From: a virus
Taxonomy: Duplodnaviria > Caudoviricetes
Virus record (IMG/VR): IMGVR_UViG_3300008740_000001
Coordinates: 139,860 to 203,859 of that record
Strand: one strand, 5' to 3'
Length of the DNA stretch: 64,000 bases
A program made the position numbers and the translations under genes. The notes beneath the pieces were generated by a model that saw only the letters and a list, made by a program, of their open reading frames with translations, searched no databases and had not been told where the DNA came from. Below, one piece after another: positions 8,615 to 18,832 of this stretch. Within the stretch, counting starts at the first letter, position 1; each line of letters begins with the position of its first letter.

Positions 8615-10585
8615 ATGAGAGAGAACACAACAGTTAGAAAATTCCGGCTCTCCGATACTTTTATCGAGCCGTACAAAACAGCAGAGGTGCCGTGGGGCCC
8701 TTTAGGTTATGTAACCTTTAAAAGAACCTATTCGCGGCGCCTAGATGAATTTGATTCAAGTGCCACGGGGACTGAAGAGTGGTGGCAGACATGTCGACGT
8801 GTCATAGAGGGCATGTTTACAATCCAGAAGCGCCATGTTTATATGCTCGGATTAGAATGGAACGACGCCAAAGCCCAGCGAACGGCAAAAGACGCCTACG
8901 ATAGACTCTTTAGTCTTAAGTGGACCCCTCCCGGCCGTGGCCTGTGGATGATGGGCACAGATTTCGTTGAAACTCGCACTGGCGCTGGCTTGTTCAACTG
9001 CGCATTTCGTTCCACCAAGGAACTCTCGTCAAAGGGTGGATACCTTTTTAAGTGGATTATGGACGCTTTGATGGTAGGCATTGGTGTGGGTTTCGACACG
9101 CTCGGCGCCGGTTCAGTTACGATCAAGGAGCCAACATGGACAGACGAGATTTATCACATCGCAGATTCCAGAGAAGGTTGGGTCGAGAGTGTTGGCATAC
9201 TCCTCAATGGTTACTTTTTCGGAGAAAAGGTACCAGAGTTTGACTATTCGCGAATCCGCCCTCTTGGCGCCAAGATACGCGGCTTTGGAGGCACCTCCTC
9301 CGGTCCCGCACCGCTCATCGAACTACACAATAATCTTAAAATTATGTATTCAAACAGAATTGGGAAAACAATCACTTCTGTAGATATCGTGGATACAGAG
9401 AATCTTATTGGCCGCTGTGTTGTTGCTGGGAATGTCCGCCGGAGCGCAGCACTAGCGCTTGGCCAATATGATGATCGCGAATATCTTGAAATGAAGAACG
9501 ACGAAGACGCTCTCTATCACCACCGATGGGGTTCAAACAACTCTTTTGTGGCCGAAGTTGGTATGGACTATACTTGGCATGCCGAACAATCTCAAAAGAA
9601 TGGTGAGCCGGGATACATCTGGCTTGATCAGGCACGCTCAAAGGGGCGCTTTAAGGATCCGAATCGGTATGACGACAAAAACATTATGGGGTTCAACCCA
9701 TGCGTAGAGCAACAGCTTGAAGATGCGGAATTGTGCTGTTTGGTAGAAACATATCCAGCAAAGCACGACAGCTATGAAGATTATGTTAAAACGCTAAAGA
9801 TTGCGTATCTATATGGCAAAACAGTAACCTTGGTGAACACACACTGGCCAGAGACTAACGCAATCATGCTCAAAAACCGGCGCATCGGCCTCTCTCAAAG
9901 TGGCGTGATTCAGGCGTTCAACAAGCATGGTCGTCGACAAATGTATAATTGGTGCGACCGGGCCTATGATCACGTACAGGATTTGGATGAGCAGTATTCC
10001 GACTGGTTGTGTATCCCCAGATCTGTACGTATGACTTCGATTAAGCCATCAGGAACAGTATCTCTGCTGAACGGATCTACTCCCGGGATACACTTTCCAG
10101 AGGACGAATATTATATTCGGAGAATTAGATTTTCGAAAACTTCGGAATTAATTAAAACTTTGGAAGAAAACGGTTATAATGTAGAGGATGACAAGTATTC
10201 GCCTAATACTGTAGTCGTAGACTTTCCGGTACATGAGCCGTATTTTCATAAAGGCAAGAGGGATGCTAGCATGTGGGAACAGCTTGAAATAGCTGCACAA
10301 TATCAGCACTATTGGGCCGACAATTCGGTTTCAGTAACTGTATCGTTTAAGCCCGAAGAGGGCCCGCAAATTAAGTCTGCGTTGGAAATGTATGAAACGC
10401 GACTCAAGGCTGTCTCGTTTTTGAAGTATGAAAAGACGGGCTATGTCCAAGCGCCCTACGAGCCAATATCTAAAAAGAAGTATGAAAAGTTAATGGCGAA
10501 AATTACCCCATTCCAGCGGGCCGAAACAACCGACGCAGGCGCCGGAACCAAATTCTGTGATGGGGATACTTGTGTGATCAATTAG
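8615..10585 (+). CDS. nrdJ: Class II (adenosylcobalamin) ribonucleotide reductase, monomeric type
   Basis: PPGRGLW, FNCAF, GNVRRSA, FNPCVEQ, TSIKPSGTVS, C-terminal FCDGDTC. Confidence 0.92.
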   Translation: MRENTTVRKFRLSDTFIEPYKTAEVPWGPLGYVTFKRTYSRRLDEFDSSATGTEEWWQTCRRVIEGMFTIQKRHVYMLGLEWNDAKAQRTAKDAYDRLFSLKWTPPGRGLWMMGTDFVETRTGAGLFNCAFRSTKELSSKGGYLFKWIMDALMVGIGVGFDTLGAGSVTIKEPTWTDEIYHIADSREGWVESVGILLNGYFFGEKVPEFDYSRIRPLGAKIRGFGGTSSGPAPLIELHNNLKIMYSNRIGKTITSVDIVDTENLIGRCVVAGNVRRSAALALGQYDDREYLEMKNDEDALYHHRWGSNNSFVAEVGMDYTWHAEQSQKNGEPGYIWLDQARSKGRFKDPNRYDDKNIMGFNPCVEQQLEDAELCCLVETYPAKHDSYEDYVKTLKIAYLYGKTVTLVNTHWPETNAIMLKNRRIGLSQSGVIQAFNKHGRRQMYNWCDRAYDHVQDLDEQYSDWLCIPRSVRMTSIKPSGTVSLLNGSTPGIHFPEDEYYIRRIRFSKTSELIKTLEENGYNVEDDKYSPNTVVVDFPVHEPYFHKGKRDASMWEQLEIAAQYQHYWADNSVSVTVSFKPEEGPQIKSALEMYETRLKAVSFLKYEKTGYVQAPYEPISKKKYEKLMAKITPFQRAETTDAGAGTKFCDGDTCVIN

Positions 10586-10594
10586 GAGTATATT

Positions 10595-10840
10595 TTGCGT
10601 CTTACAAAATTAAATCATCTTCTGGATGAGAGGCAGGCAACTGGTAGGTGCCCAACGGGTAAACAGCACTGCTGGGTAGCGAGCGGGGAAGTCCGGTCGA
10701 CCGCAGGAGGACACGTTGTATTGCATTTGCGTTGCAACAACTGCAACAAGAGAGAAACGACCTTCTTAACCAACGAAGATTATAGAATACAAGAAACTGT
10801 TATCAACAATTCAATTAAAGAACACACCCATAGGAGTTGA
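10595..10840 (+). CDS. Small Cys-rich (zinc-ribbon-like) protein
   Basis: C..HC and CNNC motifs; AGGAG upstream. Confidence 0.5.
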   Translation: MRLTKLNHLLDERQATGRCPTGKQHCWVASGEVRSTAGGHVVLHLRCNNCNKRETTFLTNEDYRIQETVINNSIKEHTHRS

Positions 10841-10841
10841 G

Positions 10842-11159
10842 ATGAGTGATACAACCTTCATACCGTTCAACCGGTATATTTTAGTAAAGAGGCCTCCGCC
10901 TCTTGAGTCATCGGATTCAACAGGAATCCTTCTTCCAGACGAATACAAGAAAACACAGAGTCTTTATGAAACTGTGACTGTGGTGCGTACATCGCCAAAC
11001 TGCGCCTTCAAAGACAGGATCAAGCCGGGATCTCAGATCGTGGTTCTTACAAATTTTTTGGAAGAAATCGAAATAGCTGGCGATATTATCACAGTTGTTC
11101 TCGAAAATCATGTTTTTGGCAAGTTGTCTTGCCACCTAGGTGAGCAGCATGGACAGTAA
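10842..11159 (+). CDS. groES: Co-chaperonin GroES-like
   Basis: PFNRYILVKR, GILLPD mobile loop, KPGSQIV, V.E.HVFG pattern. Confidence 0.75.
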   Translation: MSDTTFIPFNRYILVKRPPPLESSDSTGILLPDEYKKTQSLYETVTVVRTSPNCAFKDRIKPGSQIVVLTNFLEEIEIAGDIITVVLENHVFGKLSCHLGEQHGQ

Positions 11160-11367
11160 CCAACGTGCCTCGCTAGACGACAATCAGATGCTTTTTACGC
11201 TTTTGGCTGCGCTTGTCAAGCGTTCTGGCGGCGAGATTCGAATTCCCGAAAACGAAATGGACGGGGTGACGAAGAAGGACATGGTGATGTTGTACTATGA
11301 TCAAGAACAGAAAGAATTGATTTTGGCTACACATTTCCTCACAAATAGAGAAGAGACAGAGCACTAG
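11140..11367 (+). CDS. Hypothetical protein
   Basis: In-operon ORF. Confidence 0.5.
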   Translation: MSSMDSNQRASLDDNQMLFTLLAALVKRSGGEIRIPENEMDGVTKKDMVMLYYDQEQKELILATHFLTNREETEH

Positions 11368-11376
11368 GGAGTAAAA

Positions 11377-11940
11377 ATGAGTAATGATTTGCCTTTACCA
11401 AAGGCTCGAAATCTATATTTAGCAAAGCAGGTAGACCAAGCATCTATGAATGCGCTGACAAAGGGCATTCTTGAAATTAATGATGACGATGAATATCTCA
11501 AAAAGCTATATGCAGTACATGACTTGGAATACAATCCAAAACCTATAAAAATCTATATTGATTCTTATGGTGGGGCAGTGTACCAATGTTTTGGTTTGCT
11601 CGGCGTGATCGAGAAGAGCGGAACTCCCGTTCACACTATTGTCACGGGAGCAGCAATGTCTTGCGGATTTATGATTCTCATCAGTGGCCACCATAGGATG
11701 GGATATCCGCTATCTACCCCTCTTTATCATCAGGTTTCTTCTGGATTTTGGGGGAAGGTGCAGGACATAGAAGAAAAGCTAGAAGAGACCAAGAGATTGC
11801 AGAAAAAGATTGAAGAGATAACAATTTCTAAAACACAGATTTCAAAGAAAAAGTTAACTGATATTCTAAAGAAAAAGACCGATTGGTACATGACCGCAGA
11901 GGAGGCTTTGGGTTTAGGCGTTATTGATGAGATTGTCTGA
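11377..11940 (+). CDS. clpP: ClpP-family protease subunit 1
   Basis: IYIDSYGG, GAAMSCG (Ser), LYHQ (His), TDWYMTAEEA (Asp). Confidence 0.9.
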   Translation: MSNDLPLPKARNLYLAKQVDQASMNALTKGILEINDDDEYLKKLYAVHDLEYNPKPIKIYIDSYGGAVYQCFGLLGVIEKSGTPVHTIVTGAAMSCGFMILISGHHRMGYPLSTPLYHQVSSGFWGKVQDIEEKLEETKRLQKKIEEITISKTQISKKKLTDILKKKTDWYMTAEEALGLGVIDEIV

Positions 11941-12775
11941 TAAGCACGTTTATCATTATGACAAGGTAATTGTTGGCAATTCTTTATCGGCATTATTATG
12001 CGGTTATCATACGGCCACACCGGTTCTTTCCTTGAATCCTCGACTGCCTCTGTTCTTTGAGAGATTCGAGCCAAATGTAAACTTGGAATTTTTGGGAATC
12101 AAAAACGAATCGCGTCAAATTCAAACCAATGTGGGTGAAGAAACTGTTGGAATAGAGAAAAGTAAAGTTTACCGCCGGCTCATTATGATTATGTCAATGG
12201 CCGGCCTGTTACCAATCGGCGCTAAAGCAAAATCGATGCGCCTCATGGAAGAAAAAAAGATAAGAGTAGTTTTGGACCATGCCAGAGCAGCCAACTTCGT
12301 TTGCGAGAATATAACAGTATTCGGAGATAATCTGTTAGAGCCAGAAATCCCTCCAGAACAATATATGGTTTTAGATTGGATGAATGTGCGCTCTGGCATG
12401 GTTCACCCTTATGACCGCATAAGTTCAGATTCAGACTTTGTTAACTGTATACATTTTTACCCTTCTAAGCGGATTGATGGCAGTCATTTGGACAAGAAAG
12501 ACTTGGTGTGCGTATCATATCTCACAAGAGAGCAAATGGAGAATTACGAGTACTCAGACACTTATGCAAGATTCGAGATATCTGATCGCATGAAGGCTTT
12601 AGGCATTCGTGGAGCCCGCAATGGCAGGGATCCATCCAACCCAGAGAGATACAAATACTATGCGCTAAAGATCGAATCTGACCGACGAGAAGCAATGCGA
12701 GTGCCTCGTTCCGTCATCTTTGAACCAAAGGCAACCACGGATTCATACTTGCAGTATTTGACAGAGAACTTGTGA
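11924..12775 (+). CDS. Hypothetical protein with degenerate Rossmann (FAD-binding-like) N-terminus
   Basis: YDKVIVGNSLSALL resembles the dinucleotide-binding beta-alpha-beta unit. Confidence 0.45.
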   Translation: MMRLSDKHVYHYDKVIVGNSLSALLCGYHTATPVLSLNPRLPLFFERFEPNVNLEFLGIKNESRQIQTNVGEETVGIEKSKVYRRLIMIMSMAGLLPIGAKAKSMRLMEEKKIRVVLDHARAANFVCENITVFGDNLLEPEIPPEQYMVLDWMNVRSGMVHPYDRISSDSDFVNCIHFYPSKRIDGSHLDKKDLVCVSYLTREQMENYEYSDTYARFEISDRMKALGIRGARNGRDPSNPERYKYYALKIESDRREAMRVPRSVIFEPKATTDSYLQYLTENL

Positions 12776-13653
12776 GATTACGCCAAAGACACATCGCTGG
12801 CATCATCCCGGTGGCCGGCCGCGAAGATATTTTCGGTTTCGAATGGCCAGACTGTGTAATGCCTTTATCCGAAGATTATACTTGCGTCGAACGAAGTGTG
12901 CTTGAGTGCGCTTATGCTGGTTGTAAGACAATTTGGGTAATTTGCAACGACGATGTGGCTCCCGTGTTAAAACACCGCATAGGCGAATATGTAAACGATC
13001 CAGTTTGGCAACATAGAAAAGACAAATATCCAAGTGATAGTCGCCGCATTATACCAGTCTTTTATGTCCCGACACATCCAAAAGATGTCAACAAGAGAGA
13101 TTGTATGGCTTGGAGTATTATCTATGGTGCCCTAACTGCTTTTAAGATTGGTTCATCTCTTAGTAAATGGGTGGCTCCGTATCGATATTACGTGTCTTTT
13201 CCATACGGGATATATGATCCTTCTGTTATCCGAGAGCACAGAAATAGTATTAAAAAAGAAGAGGTTTTCGCCCTATCTTACGAGCAAAACACAGCAAAAG
13301 AGAATAAGTATTTGGGCTTTACCTTTGGGAAAGAAGAATGGCTAGAGTTTAGGCGGGTCATCCGCTCGGGAACGGGCATGTTCACGTCAGACAACATGGC
13401 AGAGGGCAAGTATCCCAGAACATTGTTGCCACTAGCTGAAAGATATTCCGCCAAAAATTTTTCACTTAGTAAAGTTCTGGCAGCCCTACAACCTACAAAT
13501 TTAGTCGAGATTGATAGTTATAACTCAATAGACAGTTGGCAGGATTACGTCGATTATATGGCGTCCGAAAATATTTTAAAAAAACCACATAACTACTTGA
13601 CAAGTGGTAAGAAATTGAATACAATATATAAAGAAGATAAGGAGTCTCAATGA
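12772..13653 (+). CDS. Sugar-phosphate nucleotidyltransferase-like (GT-A fold) protein
   Basis: AGIIPVAG, ..MPL, VERSVLECAYAGCKTIWVI pattern. Confidence 0.55.
   Translation: MRLRQRHIAGIIPVAGREDIFGFEWPDCVMPLSEDYTCVERSVLECAYAGCKTIWVICNDDVAPVLKHRIGEYVNDPVWQHRKDKYPSDSRRIIPVFYVPTHPKDVNKRDCMAWSIIYGALTAFKIGSSLSKWVAPYRYYVSFPYGIYDPSVIREHRNSIKKEEVFALSYEQNTAKENKYLGFTFGKEEWLEFRRVIRSGTGMFTSDNMAEGKYPRTLLPLAERYSAKNFSLSKVLAALQPTNLVEIDSYNSIDSWQDYVDYMASENILKKPHNYLTSGKKLNTIYKEDKESQ
13597..13625 (+). promoter_or_regulatory. sigma70-type promoter for dnaE
   Basis: TTGACA-17-TACAAT. Confidence 0.65.
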
Positions 13654-16600
13654 AAACAAACCCCAACAGGAAGAAGGGAAGTCTTCCCTTCGTAAACCTT
13701 CATGCTCACAGTGTGGCCGGATCGATCTTCGATGCGATTGGGTACCCGCAAGATCATATGGATTTCGCATATGAAAACGGGCTTAACGCCTTGGCACTCA
13801 CAGATCATGGAAACATGAATGGATTGGCATATCAGGTCTTGCATGGTAAGAAAATGGCAGAAGAAGGAAGGGACTTCAAACCGATTTATGGTGTTGAGGC
13901 GTACTTCGTTCCGTCCCTTTCGCAATGGAGAACAGAGTATGAGAAGGTCATGGAGGATAAGAAGAAGGCACGCTCTTCTGCCAAGGGTCTTCAATCCGGC
14001 GCAACCGTAGAGGACTCTCATGAGTCGAAGCGAGCAATGAATAACGTTCTAAAGCGCCGCAGTCATTTGGTCCTGTTGGCTCAAAACCAAGAGGGCTTGA
14101 ATAATATTTTCAAACTTATTTCTGAAAGTTATAAGGCAGAAAACTTTTATCGATATCCGCGTATTGATTACGCGCTTCTGGAGAAATATAGTGATGGCAT
14201 TATTGCCTCATCTGCATGTCTGGGAGGTATTTATGCCGGAGATTACTGGCGTGCTAGCACCTATGACGAGGAGGGAAATCGCACCGGCGTCGACACTGAT
14301 GCTGCTTTGGAATCCATGAGGGAAACGACGCAGCGTATGCAGTCGATTTTCGGAGATAGGTGGTACGGAGAACTGCAGTGGAACAACATCAAGGAACAGC
14401 ATGAGTTGAACAACATGATCATTCAAATGGCTACAGAGTTTGACATGGACTTGATTTCTACGGCAGATAGTCATTATCCAAATCCCGATGCTTGGAAGGA
14501 TCGTGAACTCTATAATCGCCTAGGCTGGCTTGGCAAGGGGCGCCCATCGTGGGCCGAAGAAGATTCGGATCTACCTGTGGATGTCGATGAGATCGGGTAC
14601 GAACTATATCCCAAGAATGGTGATCAGATGTGGGATTCGTATAGAAAGTACTCCAAGCACTGCAATGTAGAATACGATGATACTGTGGTTCGCAACTCTA
14701 TTACAAACAGTTACGCCATTGCAGAGGAACGCATTGAGCGCTTCTTTCCCGATAACACAGTTAGGCTTCCAGACTTTGTTGTTCCGGTTGGAATGACCGC
14801 AACTCAAGCATTAGTAAAGTTGTCCATGGATGGCCTTAACGAACTTGGCTTGGCTGAAAATGAAGAGTATCTTGGAAGACTTAAGTCGGAACTAAAGGTC
14901 ATCGATGATCGAGGCTTCTCAAAGTACTTCTTGACTATGAAGGCGATCTCTGATCGTGCTACTGAGACGATGCTCACCGGGCCCGGTCGAGGCTCCGCTG
15001 CTGGCTCATTGGTGGCGTATGCTTTGAAGATTACACAAGTTGATCCGATTAAACACGGCTTGTTGTTCTCTAGATTTCTGCGTTCAGACGCAACGGACTA
15101 CCCAGATATTGATTACGATGTGGCCGATCCGATGGCCCTTAAGGAGCAGCTAATTGAAGAATGGGGAGAGGATACCGTTGCTCCAATCTCTAACTGGAAC
15201 ACGCTGCAGCTTCGCTCCTTGATCAAAGACATTTCCAAGCTGTATGGTGTCGAATTTACCGAGGTTAATAAGGTGACATCTACAATGATGTCAGAGGCAA
15301 CACCTGCTGCAAAGCAAAAGCATGGAATCAAGGCCGGCGTATACGCGCCAACTTGGCAAGAAGTTGTCGAGTTCAGTCCTACGTTGCGTGATTTTCTAAA
15401 CAAGTATCCAGATATCCGCACACACGTTGAAACTTTGGTTGGACAAGTCCGCTCGTGTTCCCGGCATGCCGGTGGTGTAGTGGTAGCCGAAAATCTTGAT
15501 CGGCATATGCCGCTGATCAACTCGGGAGGAGTTAGGCAGACCCCGTGGTCTGAGGGACAGAATGTCAGGCACCTTGAGCCCATGGGGTTCATTAAATTTG
15601 ATATTCTGGGTCTGGCTAGTCTTCGGATGATCGACGGAGCTATTCGCCACGTTCTCAAGAGGCACCATAACATAGAACAGCCCACATTCTCAGATGTGAA
15701 GGACTTTTATAATAAGCATCTCCATCCTGACACAATTGACTTTGATGATCAGGCAGTATATGAAAATGTTTTTCATGCAGCAAAGTGGGCCGGCGTGTTT
15801 CAGTTTACAGAGACTGGCTCACAGAACTTCTGTGTACGTGCACAGCCACGCAGCATTATTGATCTGTCTGCAATCACTTCGATCTTTCGACCGGGCCCAC
15901 TCTCGGCCGGCGTGGATACTGATTATGTGGACGCAAAAACTTCCCCGCAGTATATTAAGTATGCGCACCCGCTCGTGCAAGAGGTCACCGAGGAAACTTA
16001 TGGATTTCTGATCTTTCAAGAGCAGATTGCCCTCTTGGCACATAAGCTTGGCAAAGATTTGAGTCTGGATGAGGGCAACAAGTTGCGCAAACTCCTTACC
16101 AAGAAGGGCACTGGCAGTGCGGCCCGCGAGAAGAAGCGAATTCACAAGAAGTTTGTAGACGGTTGCACCGAAAAGGGAATGAAGAAGGATGTGGCGCAGA
16201 GACTCTGGGAGACATTTGAGTACTTCTCGGGATATGGCTTCAACAAGTCGCATGCAGTTTCATATAGTATTCTATCGTTCCAGTGCGCATGGTTGCTGAA
16301 CTACTACCCGTCTGAGTGGGTGGCAGCATTTCTTGACAAGGAGCCGGAGTCTCGCAAGGAAAAGGCAATTGGTATTGCCAAGAGTCTTGGCTTTGAGATT
16401 GAGCCGCTGAACGTCAACACATCTGGCAGGGTGTGGGAGATTACGGAATCTGGTACAACACTAGTCCAGCCGTTTAACTCGATTAAGGGTCTTGGTGATG
16501 CTGCGATTGATCAGATTTTAAACAATAGACCGTTTAATAACATTGAAGAGTTTTTGTTTAACGAAGAGATCTCTTATTCTAAGCTGAACAAGAAGGCTCT

Positions 16601-17129
16601 GGACGTATTGATCAGAAGTGAGGCCTTGGATACTCTCATGGATGAGCGCTTTACCGGGGCGAAGCACTTCTGGTCTGCGGTGGCTGTGGACCGACCGAAG
16701 AATAAGAAGAAGTTTCTAGAGAACGTTGAGCTTTATCGACCAGAGGGAGATTTTACAGAAGAAGAGAAGATCCAGTCTATTGTTGATTTGACAGGATCGT
16801 TCCCTATGAGTCGAGTCATCGACGAAGATGTGATGCAAAGGCTTGAGGAAAAGTGTATCCCGCCCATCGCGGAATACGATTCAGACTTGCAAGTAACTTG
16901 GTTCATTCCTCGCAAGGTTACAGCTAAGAAAACAAAGAACGGCAAGCTCTATTGGATTCTAGAAGTTATTGATTCAACCAATTCGCTTACCAAGATTCGT
17001 TGTTGGGGCGTAAAGCCGGAGCAAGATCGTATTCTTATGAACCGGCCCTATCTTGCTAGGTTGGACCACAATCAACAGTGGGGGTTCAGCACGCGCTCTA
17101 TTCGATACAATTTTCGACTACTGGGATAA
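13650..17129 (+). CDS. dnaE: DNA polymerase III alpha subunit (family C)
   Basis: PHP motifs LHAHS, LTDHG, GVEAY, TADSHY; GPGRGSAAGS; catalytic PDIDYD; GFNKSHA; C-terminal OB fold. Confidence 0.96.
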   Translation: MKTNPNRKKGSLPFVNLHAHSVAGSIFDAIGYPQDHMDFAYENGLNALALTDHGNMNGLAYQVLHGKKMAEEGRDFKPIYGVEAYFVPSLSQWRTEYEKVMEDKKKARSSAKGLQSGATVEDSHESKRAMNNVLKRRSHLVLLAQNQEGLNNIFKLISESYKAENFYRYPRIDYALLEKYSDGIIASSACLGGIYAGDYWRASTYDEEGNRTGVDTDAALESMRETTQRMQSIFGDRWYGELQWNNIKEQHELNNMIIQMATEFDMDLISTADSHYPNPDAWKDRELYNRLGWLGKGRPSWAEEDSDLPVDVDEIGYELYPKNGDQMWDSYRKYSKHCNVEYDDTVVRNSITNSYAIAEERIERFFPDNTVRLPDFVVPVGMTATQALVKLSMDGLNELGLAENEEYLGRLKSELKVIDDRGFSKYFLTMKAISDRATETMLTGPGRGSAAGSLVAYALKITQVDPIKHGLLFSRFLRSDATDYPDIDYDVADPMALKEQLIEEWGEDTVAPISNWNTLQLRSLIKDISKLYGVEFTEVNKVTSTMMSEATPAAKQKHGIKAGVYAPTWQEVVEFSPTLRDFLNKYPDIRTHVETLVGQVRSCSRHAGGVVVAENLDRHMPLINSGGVRQTPWSEGQNVRHLEPMGFIKFDILGLASLRMIDGAIRHVLKRHHNIEQPTFSDVKDFYNKHLHPDTIDFDDQAVYENVFHAAKWAGVFQFTETGSQNFCVRAQPRSIIDLSAITSIFRPGPLSAGVDTDYVDAKTSPQYIKYAHPLVQEVTEETYGFLIFQEQIALLAHKLGKDLSLDEGNKLRKLLTKKGTGSAAREKKRIHKKFVDGCTEKGMKKDVAQRLWETFEYFSGYGFNKSHAVSYSILSFQCAWLLNYYPSEWVAAFLDKEPESRKEKAIGIAKSLGFEIEPLNVNTSGRVWEITESGTTLVQPFNSIKGLGDAAIDQILNNRPFNNIEEFLFNEEISYSKLNKKALDVLIRSEALDTLMDERFTGAKHFWSAVAVDRPKNKKKFLENVELYRPEGDFTEEEKIQSIVDLTGSFPMSRVIDEDVMQRLEEKCIPPIAEYDSDLQVTWFIPRKVTAKKTKNGKLYWILEVIDSTNSLTKIRCWGVKPEQDRILMNRPYLARLDHNQQWGFSTRSIRYNFRLLG

Positions 17130-17166
17130 GTTATGCTCTAAATAAAGGTACGATTCTCTAAAAATT

Positions 17167-17182
17167 TACTATTTATAAATGC
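17167..17182 (+). promoter_or_regulatory. Candidate late-promoter motif (CTANTTA class)
   Basis: TACTATTTATAAATGC, identical to 31987-32002. Confidence 0.55.
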
Positions 17183-17203
17183 GAACCTGCAGGAGTCCCA
17201 AAT

Positions 17204-17650
17204 ATGTTTTTAACAGAAGACCTTTTGAAGAAGCTGATTTCAGAAATCAGAGATGAATATTTAACACAATTACCATCCACAGCGGATGCACCCATAAGCG
17301 ATACGGAAGCCTCAATGGATGCTTTCACTGCCGAACTGGAAGAGATTGAGATCGATCCCGGCGAAGGCGTGCACTTTATGGGCAAAGCTATGAATTATGA
17401 TGAGTTTTTGGCAATTCTTGGAAACTACATAGCAACCAGAGAGCAGCGTCGTCACGGAGGCCAGCCTGATAAGTATCTCCGAAAGGAAATTAAGGCTGCT
17501 GTGAGAGACGCCCTTGTTAGAGTCCCCCAGATGATAGCTGATGCTATCGCAGAAGTGCTCGAAGACCGTCTTGAAGATGACAGTTGGGAGTATGGCCCAG
17601 AATCTAGACGACCCATGACGCCCGAAGAGAAGGAGGATTGGGGATTATGA
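17204..17650 (+). CDS. Acidic putative virion internal protein
   Basis: N-terminal LTEDLLKKLISEIRDE motif. Confidence 0.55.
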   Translation: MFLTEDLLKKLISEIRDEYLTQLPSTADAPISDTEASMDAFTAELEEIEIDPGEGVHFMGKAMNYDEFLAILGNYIATREQRRHGGQPDKYLRKEIKAAVRDALVRVPQMIADAIAEVLEDRLEDDSWEYGPESRRPMTPEEKEDWGL

Positions 17651-18438
17651 AAATTACCAGAACAAGACTTAAGGAGATTCTCGCAGAGGAAATTACTCTT
17701 TATGAAAATTTCCGTGGCACTGCTGGTGGCTTACAATCACCGAGTGGGCTTACTCCGGAAGATATCGCCAATGAATTACTCCAGCAAGGAGTTAGCGACG
17801 AGGATGCCATAACGCAAGCAATCCTCGATGCCGGCGTCCAAGACGACAGCATACCAGATTTTGAAGATGCCGTTTGGGGAGAACTTGACAAGGCACAGAA
17901 TTTACCAGAGTCACTAGAAGCTGCAGCCGGCCTGATGTCACAAGCAGGTGTGTATACCAAACACCCCAAGGTACAGCAGCGACTGATGCGCGTGGTTCAG
18001 CAAGCGCGAGAGGCCGGATTGACCGACGAGGAAATCTTAGAGTTGACGCAGGGCCTTCTTGGGGCGGATATGATGCAGACTGCTGAAGAGGCACCCGATG
18101 AGGTGGGACTCGAAGAAGAACGCTTTATGGGCGGCCAAATCGATATCGAGCCTTTGTCCGACGAAGAGCAAGCTGCATCGACCGAGGCGTATTATGAGTT
18201 GTTTAACGTTCTCTTAGGCTCCAATCTTCCCGGCGACAAACCTTCGGAGAAGCTAAAGTATGCGCTCCGCTGGATTGCAAAATTTGAACAGAGTGGAGAG
18301 GAGGATAGAGCATATCGAGCCAAGCTTGATGATGCGCCTGCGATGGGCCGCTTCGTTCGTGGACTCAAAGAGGTAGAAGGGCGCAAGGAACAATTAATTG
18401 ATATTATTACGGAAGTGGTTCGAGATGAAATTTACTAA
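17647..18438 (+). CDS. Acidic putative virion internal protein
   Basis: MKITRTRLKEILAEE N-terminus; KEQLIDIITEVVRDE C-terminus. Confidence 0.6.
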   Translation: MKITRTRLKEILAEEITLYENFRGTAGGLQSPSGLTPEDIANELLQQGVSDEDAITQAILDAGVQDDSIPDFEDAVWGELDKAQNLPESLEAAAGLMSQAGVYTKHPKVQQRLMRVVQQAREAGLTDEEILELTQGLLGADMMQTAEEAPDEVGLEEERFMGGQIDIEPLSDEEQAASTEAYYELFNVLLGSNLPGDKPSEKLKYALRWIAKFEQSGEEDRAYRAKLDDAPAMGRFVRGLKEVEGRKEQLIDIITEVVRDEIY

Positions 18439-18832
18439 ATCGGACATAAGAGAAATCATCGCGGAAGAAATCGACAATATGCTGGCCGAAAGTCATGACG
18501 AAGAAAATGAAGGAGCTATGGCAGTTAACCAGCTGAACCAGATTGGACAAATGTCTGCAGAGTTGGGAGATATGATTTCCGATGCTACAGACTTGGAAGA
18601 ATGGGCAGAAGCGAAGATAACAAAGGCTCACGATTATCTCAATACGGTATTGAATCATCTCGCCTCCTCACAGGAGCTTCACTCTCAAATCCCCGAAGAG
18701 CCAGATCCACTGAAGGCAGATGATGGTGCTGTGGAACCAGATGCGGTTGAACCCCTGCGCTTAAAGACACCTACGCGTCAGAAAATTAATAGACTTAGAA
18801 GAAACTTGGCAACTGGGGATTGGTCAAGATGA
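18425..18832 (+). CDS. Putative virion internal protein
   Basis: MKFTKSDIREIIAEE; EGAMA..QL and LEEWAEAKITKAHDYL segments. Confidence 0.6.
   Translation: MKFTKSDIREIIAEEIDNMLAESHDEENEGAMAVNQLNQIGQMSAELGDMISDATDLEEWAEAKITKAHDYLNTVLNHLASSQELHSQIPEEPDPLKADDGAVEPDAVEPLRLKTPTRQKINRLRRNLATGDWSR

Noticed and set aside
3453-17129. Inteins or introns in recA, helicase, RNR or dnaE
   Set aside because: Lengths are ordinary, and no C/S...HN-C/S/T splice motifs or LAGLIDADG blocks were noticed.
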